NCBI GenBank assembly: GCA_035540555.1
Contig: DATLGJ010000020.1
Span: 58,759 to 122,758 of the forward strand
Reading direction: 5' to 3'
Source of the DNA: Candidatus Limnocylindrales bacterium
GTDB taxonomy: Bacteria > Chloroflexota > Limnocylindria > Limnocylindrales > CSP1-4
DNA: 64,000 bases
Part shown: positions 50,333 to 60,229 of the stretch, one piece after another
Layout of the letters: each line of letters begins with the position of its first letter
Position numbering within the stretch: the first letter of the stretch is position 1
Notes under the pieces: model-generated
Databases searched by the model: none
Told to the model about the DNA's origin: nothing
The model's input: the letters and a program-made list of their open reading frames with translations, nothing else
Made by a program: the position numbers and the translations under genes

Positions 50333-51318
50333 AGATCGGTATTGACCTGGGAACGGCCAATATCCTCGTCTACGTCAAGGGACGGGGAGTGGTCATCCAG
50401 GAGCCCAGCGTCGTTGCCGTCAGCGACGACAACCACATCGTCGCCGTGGGCGATGAAGCGCGCGAGATGATCGGCCGTACTCCCGGCAACATCAGCGCCA
50501 TCCGACCGATGAAGGACGGCGTCATCGCGGACTACGTCATCACCGAGGCGATGCTGCGCTACTTCATCAAGAAGGCGGGTCGCTCGTTCACCAAGCCGGA
50601 CGTGATGATCAGCGTCCCGTCGGGAGTGACCAGCGTCGAGAAGCGCGCCGTGCGCGACGCGGCCCTGAAGGCGGGCGCGGGGGAGGCCTACCTGATCGAG
50701 GAGCCACTGGCCGCGGCGATCGGCGCCAACGTGCCCATCAGCAGCCCTTCGGGCAACCTGATCATCGACATCGGCGGGGGCACGAGCGAGATCGCGGTGA
50801 TCTCGCTGGGCGGCATCGTCGTCGCCCGCTCCGTGCGCGTGGGAGGGAACCGCTTCGACGAGTTCATTGCCAACTACGTGCGCAAGAAGTACAACCTGAT
50901 GATCGGCGAGCGGACGGCGGAGGAGATCAAGATCACCATCGGGACTGCCCTGCCCCTCGATCGCGAGCTGCACATGGAAGTGCGCGGGCGCGACCTGATC
51001 GCCGGCCTGCCGCGGACGATCCCGCTGACCAGCTCGGAGGTCACCGAGGCGCTCGAGTCACCCCTGCAGCAGATCGTGGCCACGGTCCGCGCGGTGCTCG
51101 AGGAGACTCCGCCGGAACTGTCGAGCGACATCATCGACAAGGGCATGGTGATGACCGGCGGCGGATCGCTGCTGCGCAACATCGACAAGCTTCTGACCCA
51201 GGTCACGGGCGTTCCCTGCCACGTAGCCGAGAACCCGCTCAACTGCGTGGCACTGGGCACCGGCCTGGCCCTCGAGCACTTCGACTTCTTCAAGAAGTCG
51301 CTCGTGCAAAAGGTCTGA
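50329..51318 (+). CDS. mreB: Actin-like rod-shape protein MreB (Mbl-like position after murA)
   Basis: [16 protein letters not shown]... Confidence 0.95.
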   Translation: MKIGIDLGTANILVYVKGRGVVIQEPSVVAVSDDNHIVAVGDEAREMIGRTPGNISAIRPMKDGVIADYVITEAMLRYFIKKAGRSFTKPDVMISVPSGVTSVEKRAVRDAALKAGAGEAYLIEEPLAAAIGANVPISSPSGNLIIDIGGGTSEIAVISLGGIVVARSVRVGGNRFDEFIANYVRKKYNLMIGERTAEEIKITIGTALPLDRELHMEVRGRDLIAGLPRTIPLTSSEVTEALESPLQQIVATVRAVLEETPPELSSDIIDKGMVMTGGGSLLRNIDKLLTQVTGVPCHVAENPLNCVALGTGLALEHFDFFKKSLVQKV

Positions 51319-51326
51319 GCGGTTCC

Positions 51327-52052
51327 ATGCTCGGCCCGGACACGGGCTCTGGACGACAGCGCTCGTTCATCGACCTGCACTGCCACACGGCGGCTTCCTT
51401 CGACAGCCTCAGCCGGCCCGAGGCGGTTGCCCGCACTGCCGCGGCCCGCGGCCTGACCCACCTGGCCATCACCGACCACGAACGGATCGATGGCGCGCTG
51501 CAGGCGCGCGAGGCTGCGCCGCCGGGGCTGTCGGTTATCGTCGGTCAGGAGGTGCGCACGCGCGGAGGGGATCTCATCGGCCTGTACCTTGAGCGGCCGA
51601 TACCGCCGGGGCTGGCCGCCAGCGAGACAGCCGACGCCATTCACGAGCAGGGTGGTCTCGTCGGCCTGCCGCACCCCTTCGACCGCTTCCGTGCGAGCGG
51701 CGCACGCCGCAACAGCGATCGTGACTGGCTTGCGCTCTTGGAGCGGGTCGACTACATCGAGGCCTGGAACGCACGGATCATGGTCGGCGACGGCAACCTC
51801 CGTGCCGCCGAGCTGGCCCACGAGCGAGGACTACCGGGCGTGGCTGCCTCCGATGCGCACACCTTGATGGAGGTGGGCGTCGCCTACACCGCGGTCGAGG
51901 GGCACATTACTAACGCCGCACAGCTGCGCGCCGCCTTCGCCCAAGCGAACCTCGTCACCGGCCGATCTTCTCGGCTGATCCGCGCCGGCATGCCGCTGGC
52001 CAAGGGTCTCCAATGGCTGCGCGGCAACCGCCGTCTGCAGGTCGGCGCCTGA
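51327..52052 (+). CDS. PHP-domain metal-dependent phosphoesterase
   Basis: HCHTAASFDS...ITDHE motifs. Confidence 0.7.
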   Translation: MLGPDTGSGRQRSFIDLHCHTAASFDSLSRPEAVARTAAARGLTHLAITDHERIDGALQAREAAPPGLSVIVGQEVRTRGGDLIGLYLERPIPPGLAASETADAIHEQGGLVGLPHPFDRFRASGARRNSDRDWLALLERVDYIEAWNARIMVGDGNLRAAELAHERGLPGVAASDAHTLMEVGVAYTAVEGHITNAAQLRAAFAQANLVTGRSSRLIRAGMPLAKGLQWLRGNRRLQVGA

Positions 52053-52063
52053 CGAGGAAGACG

Positions 52064-53167
52064 ATGAGCCACAGTTCGGAGCATCTGCCGGAGGAGGAGC
52101 ATTCGCCGGAGGAGGAGCAGCCCGAGCAGCTGAGCGAGCGCGAGCAGCTCTCGCTCGCCCGGCGCCTGCGAGATCCGCGCACGATCGTCTCGATCGTCCT
52201 GCCGCTCCTTCTGCTCGGCCTGCTCGCGTCCCAGCTGCCAGGATTCCGCCTGGAAGAAGCGGCCCAGCGCATCGGCCAGGCCGATCCGTGGCTGTTGGTT
52301 GCCGCCTTCCTGGTCTACTACCTTGGCTTCCCGCTGCGTGGCTATCGGTGGCAGCTGCTGCTGAGGAGCGCCGGCACGCGTGTCGGGGTGCGCGACTCGA
52401 CCGAGATCATCTTCATCAGCTGGCTGGTCAACTGCCTGGTGCCGGCGAAGCTCGGTGATGTCTACCGCGCCTGGCTGCTGCGGGCCAACTTCCTGGTCTC
52501 GCTGAGCCGAACCTTCGGCACGGTATTCATCGAGCGCATCTTCGACCTGTTCGCGATCGCGATCCTTGGGCTCGCCGCCGGCTTCTGGTCGTTCCGAGCA
52601 GGCCTGCCGCCGGAGGTCCAGATCGTCATCGGCATAGGGCTGGCAGTGGTCATCGCGCTGAGCATCGGCCTCTACACGGTGCGCAGCTTCGGTCGGCGCT
52701 TCATCTTCCGCGCGCCGCTGCCCGCCAAGCAGCGGGTGCTGGAGTACTACGAACGCTTCGAGCAGGGGGTCTTCGCAGTTGGGCGACGGCAGGTGCCGTG
52801 GCTCGCGCTCATAACGGCTCTGATCTGGGCAACCGAGGCGATGCGCCTGCTACTCGTGATCCAGGCCCTTGGCTTTACCGACGTCCACCTCGGCATCAGC
52901 GGCGCCTTCTTCGTGGCGCTGGCCGCTTCGCTGCTGACGGCAATCCCATTCACGCCGGCCGGCCTGGGGGTGGTCGAGCTGGGCGTTGTGGGCATCCTCA
53001 CGATCATCTACGGCGTTGGTCTGGGGGATGCGGCGGCGATCACGGTGGTCGATCGCACGATCAGCGTGCTGTCGATCATCGCGCTGGGCAGCGTCGCCTA
53101 TCTCGCCTCGAGCAAGACCAGGGGCAGCCGTGAGCGACGCGAGGCCGACATCAGCCCGGCGACGTAG
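52064..53167 (+). CDS. Lysylphosphatidylglycerol-synthase-TM-like (UPF0104) flippase-like membrane protein
   Basis: Polytopic, with PAKLGDVYRAWLL motif. Start at Met 52064. Confidence 0.5.
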   Translation: MSHSSEHLPEEEHSPEEEQPEQLSEREQLSLARRLRDPRTIVSIVLPLLLLGLLASQLPGFRLEEAAQRIGQADPWLLVAAFLVYYLGFPLRGYRWQLLLRSAGTRVGVRDSTEIIFISWLVNCLVPAKLGDVYRAWLLRANFLVSLSRTFGTVFIERIFDLFAIAILGLAAGFWSFRAGLPPEVQIVIGIGLAVVIALSIGLYTVRSFGRRFIFRAPLPAKQRVLEYYERFEQGVFAVGRRQVPWLALITALIWATEAMRLLLVIQALGFTDVHLGISGAFFVALAASLLTAIPFTPAGLGVVELGVVGILTIIYGVGLGDAAAITVVDRTISVLSIIALGSVAYLASSKTRGSRERREADISPAT

Positions 53168-53211
53168 CGCGCGGCGTCGCCAAGCGACCCACCATGGGGG
53201 CCACATAAAGA

Positions 53212-53243
53212 TGCGATGCCGGTCCCCAGATAAACCGGCATCG
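53212..53243. terminator. Perfect 11-bp inverted repeat GCGATGCCGGT-n10-ACCGGCATCGC between convergent genes, possible bidirectional terminator
   Basis: Read directly. No flanking T-run, as is usual in high-GC genomes. Confidence 0.35.
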
Positions 53244-53282
53244 CAGGGGGGCAGCTCGGTCAGCCGGCGGCGCCGGCGGATG

Positions 53283-53699
53283 TCAGCGACTGTGAGGCGT
53301 CGAGCCGTTGGCGGAGACGGGGCGGCGCATCCCCTCGCGGGCGGCAGCCAGCCTGCGCATCCGCAGCGCGAGGTAGTACTCCATGACCTGGCGGACCTGC
53401 GGCTCGCTGAGCAGGTCGTCCGCTCGGAGGGCGTATTCGACACGTGCAGTGGGATGGGTCACGGCGGAGCCCATCAGCCCGAAATACTGCGGCGCGTCCG
53501 ACTCGTCGCGAAGTTCGCGCAGCCCACGGGCCAGCTTCGATGCTGTGCCCAGTGACGGCGTGCGGTCACCGCGGACCAGCCGCGAGATGGTGGAATGATC
53601 TACGCCCGACTGCTGTGCCAGCTGGCGCTGCGACATCTTCTTTGCCTTCAGCTGGGTCCTCAACCATTCGTTGAAGGCCCGCCCATTCTGGACGCTCAT
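53283..53699 (-). CDS. XRE-family HTH transcriptional regulator
   Basis: MSQRQLAQQSGVDHSTISRLVRGDRTPSLGTASKLARGL. Start at the internal Met. Confidence 0.7.
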   Translation of the reverse strand: MSVQNGRAFNEWLRTQLKAKKMSQRQLAQQSGVDHSTISRLVRGDRTPSLGTASKLARGLRELRDESDAPQYFGLMGSAVTHPTARVEYALRADDLLSEPQVRQVMEYYLALRMRRLAAAREGMRRPVSANGSTPHSR

Positions 53700-53931
53700 G
53701 GGCTGATGTTTTCTCCGCTGGTGACGGTCGGCGGGGTCCCCTTTCCCCGGTCGCTGCTGGTGGCGACGTGCGCATGATCCGGTGCCCGCGGGCGCCACCG
53801 ATATAGGCCCTTGGTACGCCTGAGCCGGAACCGTCAGGTGCAGCGGTCGAGTGGTGTTGTGTGGACTCGGCTGGGGCAGGTGCGCGGTGCTGGCGAGCTC
53901 GCGCCCAAGCCACGGGCAGTCGGCCCGCCGC

Positions 53932-54963
53932 TCAGCTGGTTGCGCTGCCCGGCGGCGCGCTGCGAGAGCGTGAGCCGCGCACCTCGAAGGCCTCCGGCGG
54001 GAGGTCGGGCAATGGCTCGCCGGCGATCAGCAGCCGCACTCGGTCCATGTTGACCGCGTCGTACCCGAGATCCATGCCCGGAGTCTCCAGATAGGCGGGC
54101 AGCCGCCCCAGCCACGGATGCTCGAGCAACCGACGCAGAGCCCGCGGCCCGATCTGGCCTGCCCCAATGTGCTCGTGGCGGTCGACCCGGGACCCGCAAG
54201 CCGTGCGCGCATCATTGAGATGAAGCATCACGAGTCGGTCTCCGAGCAGCTCTCGAGCGCGATCCGCCAGGTCGTCGATCGCCTCCGGCGTATCGATGCG
54301 ATGCCCGGCTGCCCACAGATGGGCAGTGTCCAGGCACAACCCGACCCGATCCGAGGCACCACCCGCATGAGACGTCGCTTCCAGGATCTCGGCCATCTCC
54401 TCCAGAGTGCTGCCCAGGCCATCGCCGCTTCCGACCGAGTTCTCCAGTACTAGCATCGGGCTGGGTGAGCCGTCCGACAGCGAGCGGGGCAGATCTACCA
54501 GCACGCGGGACACGCCCTCGCCGAGACGCCGTATGCCCGCATCTCGGTCCAGCCCGCGGTGCGACCCGACGTGTATGTTCATGAAGCGCGCCCCGTAGGC
54601 GGCCGCCAGCCGCATGTCGGTGACCAACGTCGCGATCGAGCGCTGCCAGAACGTGTCGTCGCCACCGGCCAGGTTGACCAGGTAGGGACCATGCACCGCG
54701 AGAGGCCCAATTCCAGAACGCGTCAGTGCCCGCCGAAATTCCTGAAGCTTGGGCGGGGCGTCGGCACGTCGTCGCCATGCGGTCGGGTTATCGGTGAAGA
54801 CCTGGACGGTTGCCGCCCCGAGCTCAGCTGCGCGTTGCGCTGCCCTGGCGAGGCCTTGTCCGAGCGGCAGGTGCGGGCCGATCAGCCGGCCACCCAGGGC
54901 TCGACGGGCTTCGCTGGTCATCAACTCGATGGTAGCGCCGGACCGGCGTTTGACGGTCGTCAA
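53932..54963 (-). CDS. nfo: Endonuclease IV (AP endonuclease family 2)
   Basis: VHGPYLVNL, ENSVGSG, HLNDARTACGSRVDRHEHIGAGQIG match Nfo signature blocks. The N-terminal start may be the second Met. Confidence 0.85.
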   Translation of the reverse strand: MTTVKRRSGATIELMTSEARRALGGRLIGPHLPLGQGLARAAQRAAELGAATVQVFTDNPTAWRRRADAPPKLQEFRRALTRSGIGPLAVHGPYLVNLAGGDDTFWQRSIATLVTDMRLAAAYGARFMNIHVGSHRGLDRDAGIRRLGEGVSRVLVDLPRSLSDGSPSPMLVLENSVGSGDGLGSTLEEMAEILEATSHAGGASDRVGLCLDTAHLWAAGHRIDTPEAIDDLADRARELLGDRLVMLHLNDARTACGSRVDRHEHIGAGQIGPRALRRLLEHPWLGRLPAYLETPGMDLGYDAVNMDRVRLLIAGEPLPDLPPEAFEVRGSRSRSAPPGSATS

Positions 54964-55012
54964 ATCGGAAGCCTATGGTTGCAGCGCTGTGAATGAGGAC
55001 CTGCTGACGTCG

Positions 55013-55579
55013 ATGAAGGCACTTTCGGACGCTTCGCGCCTGCGCATCGTGGGGCTGCTTGCCGGCGGTCGCGCGATGTCCGTGGCCGACCTCGCGGAGA
55101 ACCTGCGCTTGACGCCGGGTACGGTGGTCCACCATCTGAAGCGTCTGTCCGAGGCCCGGCTTGTCGAGTCTCGGCCGAGGGCACCCTACGTCGATTACTC
55201 GCTGCGGCTCGAACGACTCGCCCAGATCGGCGCCCAGCTGCATACGCTGTCACGCAGCCAAGATCCCGTCATAGACGGCTCCATGGACGCTCCCGAATGG
55301 GCCTCCCCTGACCAGGCGCGCGTGCTGCGCAGCTTCATGAAAGAAGGCCGATTGACTGGTATCCCGGCCCAGCACGGCAAACGACTGGTGGTCCTTCGCC
55401 ACGTGGCCGAGATGACTTTCGAGCCCGGTGTCGAGTACCCGGAGAAGGAAGTGAATCAGCGCCTGGCGCTGCTTCACCCGGACACAGCCTCGTTCCGCCG
55501 CTACCTGGTTGATGAGGGCTTCATGTCGCGTGAGAGAGGCCTGTATACGCTGCTGCCCAGAAGGAACTGGCCGCTCTAG
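55013..55579 (+). CDS. ArsR-family HTH regulator with a C-terminal DUF2087-like domain
   Basis: MKALSDASRLRIVGLLAGG...VADLAENLRLTPGTVVHHLKRL. Divergent from nfo. Confidence 0.6.
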   Translation: MKALSDASRLRIVGLLAGGRAMSVADLAENLRLTPGTVVHHLKRLSEARLVESRPRAPYVDYSLRLERLAQIGAQLHTLSRSQDPVIDGSMDAPEWASPDQARVLRSFMKEGRLTGIPAQHGKRLVVLRHVAEMTFEPGVEYPEKEVNQRLALLHPDTASFRRYLVDEGFMSRERGLYTLLPRRNWPL

Positions 55580-56229
55580 CGCTCTCTCGCCAGGGCCAGC
55601 GCCGACACTGCGGCCACCCCGGCTCCGTACAGGGCGGCTGCGCAACCGACCAAGGTGGAGCCGGTTGTCGAGACATCGTCGATGAGCACGATCCACCTGC
55701 CGGCAATCTGGGTGAGGTACTGCTCTCGGACGTCGAATACCCGGCCGACGTTCGCCTGGCGGGCTGAGCGGCTCAGGCCGTGCTGGGCGGCGGTACGCTC
55801 GGTGCGCCGAAGCGCTGACACCACCGGCAGGCCCAGCTGACGACCCACTTCGCGCGCCAGCAGCTCCGCTTGGTCGAAGCCACGCTCCCGCTGCCGCGCA
55901 GCGTGAACCGGGACCGGCACAAGGACCTCCCCGCCGACTCCTGCCCGCCGCCACCGCGCTGCCATCAGCTGCCCGAGCGGACCCGCGAGTCGCTGCTCGC
56001 CGTCGTACTTGAGCGCGTGCAGGCTGCTGCGGGCGGGGCCCGCATAGGGGCCGCACCACTCTATCTGCACGATGCCGGCCGGCTGGGCCGACTGGAGCCC
56101 GATCGGCACGCCCGGCGGCTCGTTCATGCGCCGCCCCATGCTGCGCAGGCAGGCGGTACACAGCAGCTGGCCTTCCAGGCCGCAGCCGGGGCACTGGGGG
56201 GGCATCAGCACGTCGAGGAGGCGCCGCAT
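55576..56229 (-). CDS. comF: ComF-family phosphoribosyltransferase-domain protein
   Basis: N-terminal CPGC...CTAC zinc finger and PRTase motif VLIDDVSTTGSTL. Confidence 0.7.
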   Translation of the reverse strand: MRRLLDVLMPPQCPGCGLEGQLLCTACLRSMGRRMNEPPGVPIGLQSAQPAGIVQIEWCGPYAGPARSSLHALKYDGEQRLAGPLGQLMAARWRRAGVGGEVLVPVPVHAARQRERGFDQAELLAREVGRQLGLPVVSALRRTERTAAQHGLSRSARQANVGRVFDVREQYLTQIAGRWIVLIDDVSTTGSTLVGCAAALYGAGVAAVSALALARER

Positions 56230-56399
56230 TGGGCGGATGATGGCGAAATCCGCTTAGCCTGCAGTTGCACCCGGTGAGTACACATATGCCCCCGCCCCAT
56301 TTGCCTTGGGCTGAGCCAGACCGTCCCCGGCTGGCGGCCGCCGCGGCCGCCCTCAACCGCCCTTGGGGGCGCCGTTCCGGTGGGCCATCGAACTTTGGA

Positions 56400-56771
56400 T
56401 CACGGCCAAGGGCTGATGCGCAGGAGATCGCCTACGCGAACGCCGCGTTCCCGGACCGAGCTCGCAGGCAGCTCGATGGCGCCCTGTGCGCCGGCGACGC
56501 GGACGACGAGACCTGTCCACGGCCGCAGGTGCTCGCGAATGTCGACGACCTGAAGCGCGCCGGTGCCATCTGGGCGCGTAACGAACAGGCAGTCGATCGG
56601 AAATCTCATGAACAGCATGTGGATCCCGGTATCGCCCGGCAGGTACAGCCCCTCGTCATCGTCCAACCGGGCCCTGCCCATCAGGCCGCGGAGTCGGGCG
56701 GTGAAAGTGCGCGCCACCACGACGCGGCCGAAGAGCACCTCGCCCCCTGCGTTCGACAGGGCTACATGCAC
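56400..56771 (-). CDS. DUF192-family protein
   Basis: Typical DUF192 length and G..MLFMRFPID..F block. Co-directional, 10 nt downstream of tadC. Confidence 0.55.
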   Translation of the reverse strand: MHVALSNAGGEVLFGRVVVARTFTARLRGLMGRARLDDDEGLYLPGDTGIHMLFMRFPIDCLFVTRPDGTGALQVVDIREHLRPWTGLVVRVAGAQGAIELPASSVRERGVRVGDLLRISPWP

Positions 56772-56780
56772 CGTCCTGAG

Positions 56781-57704
56781 CTACCGGCCCGCGGGCATCT
56801 CGGTCATGATCAGGATCATCGGCGGGCCCAGGAGGACGATGAAGAGCGACGGGAAGATGCATCCAACGAGCGGGAAGAGCATCTTGATCGGCGCCTTGTT
56901 AGCCATCTCCTCGGCGCGTTGACGACGTTCGATGCGCAGCTGCTCGGACTGGACCTGAAGCACCTTGCTGATCGACACGCCCAGTTGCTCAGCCTGGATG
57001 ATCGCGCCGATGAAGTTGCTCAGCGCGGGTACGTCAGCTCGCTCCGCCAGATCCCGCAGCGCATCCCGCCGCGCGCGACCAACGCGAACCTCCGCAAGCA
57101 CGCGTTGGAACTCGTCCGACAGCGGGCCTCGGAGCTTCTCCACCACCTTGGCCAGAGCTCCGTCGAAAGAGAGACCGGCCCGCACGGAGATCGTCAGCAG
57201 GTCGAGCGTGTCGGGAACGGCCAGCAGGATCCGCTTCTGGCGCTGTCGGATGCGACGGGATAGCCACATCTCTGGGGCTACGAAGCCAAGCAAACCCGCG
57301 ACGAAGCCGATCGGCAGCGACCTCAGCCCGCCGCCCAAGAGCATGAGCGCAGCGACGGCCACTCCTGCCACGACGACCATCGCCAGCAGCTTGAGGGCAA
57401 CGAAATCCACCGCGCGCAGGCCGGCCGGGTTACCGGCCATCAGCAGGCGCCGATCCGTGCGACTCACTCGCTTCGGGCTCGCGATGCGCCTGGCAAATCC
57501 GGTGAGCCGACGAAGCAGCGGCCGTACAGTTCGGTCGAAGAGCGGCTCATCCAGCTCGATCTCCTCGAGCGAGCGAGTCTTCATCGCCCCGAGCTGCACA
57601 AGCCGAGCCTGCACAGGATCGACTGAGGCAGCTCCGAACAGCGCGTATGCGATCAACAGGACCCCGAGGCCGGCCAAGCCTGCCAGGAGTAGCGTCAGCT
57701 CCAT
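56781..57704 (-). CDS. tadC: Tad pilus inner-membrane platform protein TadC (GspF-like)
   Basis: T2SSF-family polytopic protein following tadB. Confidence 0.8.
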   Translation of the reverse strand: MELTLLLAGLAGLGVLLIAYALFGAASVDPVQARLVQLGAMKTRSLEEIELDEPLFDRTVRPLLRRLTGFARRIASPKRVSRTDRRLLMAGNPAGLRAVDFVALKLLAMVVVAGVAVAALMLLGGGLRSLPIGFVAGLLGFVAPEMWLSRRIRQRQKRILLAVPDTLDLLTISVRAGLSFDGALAKVVEKLRGPLSDEFQRVLAEVRVGRARRDALRDLAERADVPALSNFIGAIIQAEQLGVSISKVLQVQSEQLRIERRQRAEEMANKAPIKMLFPLVGCIFPSLFIVLLGPPMILIMTEMPAGR

Positions 57705-57707
57705 GCC

Positions 57708-58718
57708 CTAGATCTCGATGTCGACGATGCGGCGGATGAGCAGGAAGCCGACCATCATGCTGAATACCCCGGCCGCCAGAAACGCCACGCCCAATGGCGC
57801 ACCGAGAAAGGCCGGGGGATTCCGGAACATCGGCTCCATGAAAGTGGGAGAGACGAGGCTGATGATGATCACCAGACCGACCGGCAGGCCGCCGACGACG
57901 TACCCGGATATTCGCTGCTGAGCCGTCAGGCTGCGGATCTCGCCCTTGATACGTACTCGCTCTCGGATCGTGAACGCGATGGCGTCGAGAATTTCCGCCA
58001 GATTTCCACCAACCTGATATTGGATGGTGATGGCGGTGGCCATCAGGTCCAGGTCCTCCGACTTGACGCGCCGCGTCATGTTGACCAGCGCCTGCTCCAG
58101 ATCGAGGCCGAGGTTCACCTCGCGGACGACTCGCCCGAACTCGGTCGAGATCGGTGGACGTGTTTCTCGCACGACCATTTCCACAGCCTGGAGGAACGAG
58201 GATCCTGCGCGCAGAGAGTTCGCCAGCAGGGTGATCGTGTCTGCCAGGCCGGAGTTGAAGGCTTTCAGTCGCTGCGCCTGTCGCCGGCGGATCCAGAAGC
58301 GAGGCGCGAAAAACCCAACGGCGACACCGATGAGCCAGAAGATCGGGTTGGCGAACGCAGTCACGAACGGACTGAGGACGAATACGAGCAGTGGCGTCGC
58401 GACAACGGCACCGAGTCTCAGGGCCAGATACTCGCTCGGCTTGAGCGTCAGATCTGCCCTCGCGAGCTCGCGAGCCATGTTGGCAGCCCAGTTCTGCTCA
58501 TCGACCGCCTTGTTGAGATTGGCGACGGCACTTGAGGACGCGAGCGCTTCACCGAACGACTGGCGCGACGCCTTGTGACTGTGCTGTTCGGGCTGAGCTG
58601 CGGCGTAACGCTGGAGCCGCTGACTGACCGATGAGCCGCCAAGCAGCCCAGCGAATATCAGCAGCACGGAAAGGCCGGCGAGCGCGGCCAATCCCAGCAC
58701 AATGAGCTCTTGGGGCAT
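57708..58718 (-). CDS. tadB: Tad pilus inner-membrane platform protein TadB (GspF-like)
   Basis: T2SSF-family protein following cpaF. Confidence 0.8.
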   Translation of the reverse strand: MPQELIVLGLAALAGLSVLLIFAGLLGGSSVSQRLQRYAAAQPEQHSHKASRQSFGEALASSSAVANLNKAVDEQNWAANMARELARADLTLKPSEYLALRLGAVVATPLLVFVLSPFVTAFANPIFWLIGVAVGFFAPRFWIRRRQAQRLKAFNSGLADTITLLANSLRAGSSFLQAVEMVVRETRPPISTEFGRVVREVNLGLDLEQALVNMTRRVKSEDLDLMATAITIQYQVGGNLAEILDAIAFTIRERVRIKGEIRSLTAQQRISGYVVGGLPVGLVIIISLVSPTFMEPMFRNPPAFLGAPLGVAFLAAGVFSMMVGFLLIRRIVDIEI

Positions 58719-58719
58719 G

Positions 58720-60180
58720 TCAGAAGTTCGAGCCGAAGAGGTTCGGCGGCAGATGGATCCCGAGAGCCTGGAACTTCTCTGAGAAGCGCGGCCTCACGCC
58801 GGTCGGCCTCAGGCGTCCCTGAACCTTGCCGTCGGAGACCCCCGTCTGCTCATAGATGAAGACGTCCTGCATGACGATGACGTCCCCCTCCATGCCCTGC
58901 ACCTCGGTGATGTTGGTGATCTTCCGCTGCCCGTCACGCAGGCGCTCCTGGTGGACGATCAGGTCCACCGCTGAAGCGATCTGCTCGCGGATGGCACGCA
59001 GTGGAAGCTCGACGCCAGCCATCAGGACCATCGTCTCGAGGCGGGACAGCATGTCGCGCGGCGAATTCGCGTGGCCGGTGGACATCGAGCCATCGTGGCC
59101 CGTGTTCATGGCCTGCAGCATGTCGAGCGCCTCGCCGCTGCGGCACTCACCGACGATGATCCGGTCGGGGCGCATGCGGAGGGCGTTGCGTACCAGCTCA
59201 CGGATCGGGATCGCGCCCTTCCCCTCGATGTTGGGCGGGCGTGACTCGAGCGTCACGACGTGCTCCTGGCGTAGCTGCAACTCGGCGGCGTCCTCGATCG
59301 TGACAATGCGCTCGTCGTTCGGGATGTACGAAGAGAGGACGTTGAGCATCGTCGTCTTGCCCGAGCCCGTACCGCCGGAGACAAAGACGTTGAGGCGTGC
59401 CTCGACGCAGGCCCTGAGGAAGTCAAACATCTCGGGGGTTGCAGTGCCGAACCGAATCAGGTCTTCGGTCGTAAGCGGCGAAGCGGCAAATTTGCGGACG
59501 GTGAGAACCGGACCGACCAGGCTGAGCGGTGGGATGATCGCGTTCACGCGCGACCCGTCGACAAGACGGGCGTCGACCATCGGGCTCGATTCGTCGATCC
59601 GCCGGCCAATCGGGCTGATGATCCGATCGATGATGCGCATGACGTGCTCGTCGTTCTGGAAGGTGACGTTGGTCAGCTCCAGGCGGCCGCCGCGCTCGAT
59701 GTAGACCTGGCGCGCGCCATTGACCATCACCTCTGTGATGCTCTCGTCGCGCAGCAGCGGCTCCAGCGGACCGAGGCCTACGATCTCGTCAACGATCTGC
59801 TCGAGCATCCGCGCGCGCTCGGCGCGAGTCAGCGCGAGGCCCTCGTCGTCCAGGGCGCGGTTGAAGATCTCCTCGATCTCGCGCCGCACCTCGATCTGGT
59901 TGGCCAGATCGAGCTTGGGGTTCATCTCGTTGATGACGCGCTGCTGGATGCGAAGCTTGGCGTCGCGGAAGTTCTCCCGCAACGGCACCTGGCTGAGCAT
60001 TCGGGGCGACGCAGTCGGGGGCTTGGCCCCCTCCGGCCCGCGCGGAATGGCCGATGGCGCAACCGCCGGCAGTCCGGGATTGGCAGCCGGAGGCGGTGCG
60101 ATGGGCGCGCCCTCCTGGCCCATCGGCGCTGGCCCCTCGGTCGCCGGCCGGGCACTCTCGATCCTTCTAAGGAGCGACAT
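58720..60180 (-). CDS. cpaF: Tad pilus assembly ATPase CpaF/TadA
   Basis: VSGGTGSGKTT Walker A, T2SSE-like secretion ATPase. Confidence 0.9.
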   Translation of the reverse strand: MSLLRRIESARPATEGPAPMGQEGAPIAPPPAANPGLPAVAPSAIPRGPEGAKPPTASPRMLSQVPLRENFRDAKLRIQQRVINEMNPKLDLANQIEVRREIEEIFNRALDDEGLALTRAERARMLEQIVDEIVGLGPLEPLLRDESITEVMVNGARQVYIERGGRLELTNVTFQNDEHVMRIIDRIISPIGRRIDESSPMVDARLVDGSRVNAIIPPLSLVGPVLTVRKFAASPLTTEDLIRFGTATPEMFDFLRACVEARLNVFVSGGTGSGKTTMLNVLSSYIPNDERIVTIEDAAELQLRQEHVVTLESRPPNIEGKGAIPIRELVRNALRMRPDRIIVGECRSGEALDMLQAMNTGHDGSMSTGHANSPRDMLSRLETMVLMAGVELPLRAIREQIASAVDLIVHQERLRDGQRKITNITEVQGMEGDVIVMQDVFIYEQTGVSDGKVQGRLRPTGVRPRFSEKFQALGIHLPPNLFGSNF

Positions 60181-60229
60181 CAGGCGTTCCCCTCCTGTTG
60201 GTTAAGACGAAGTGTACCGGTGCATGCAA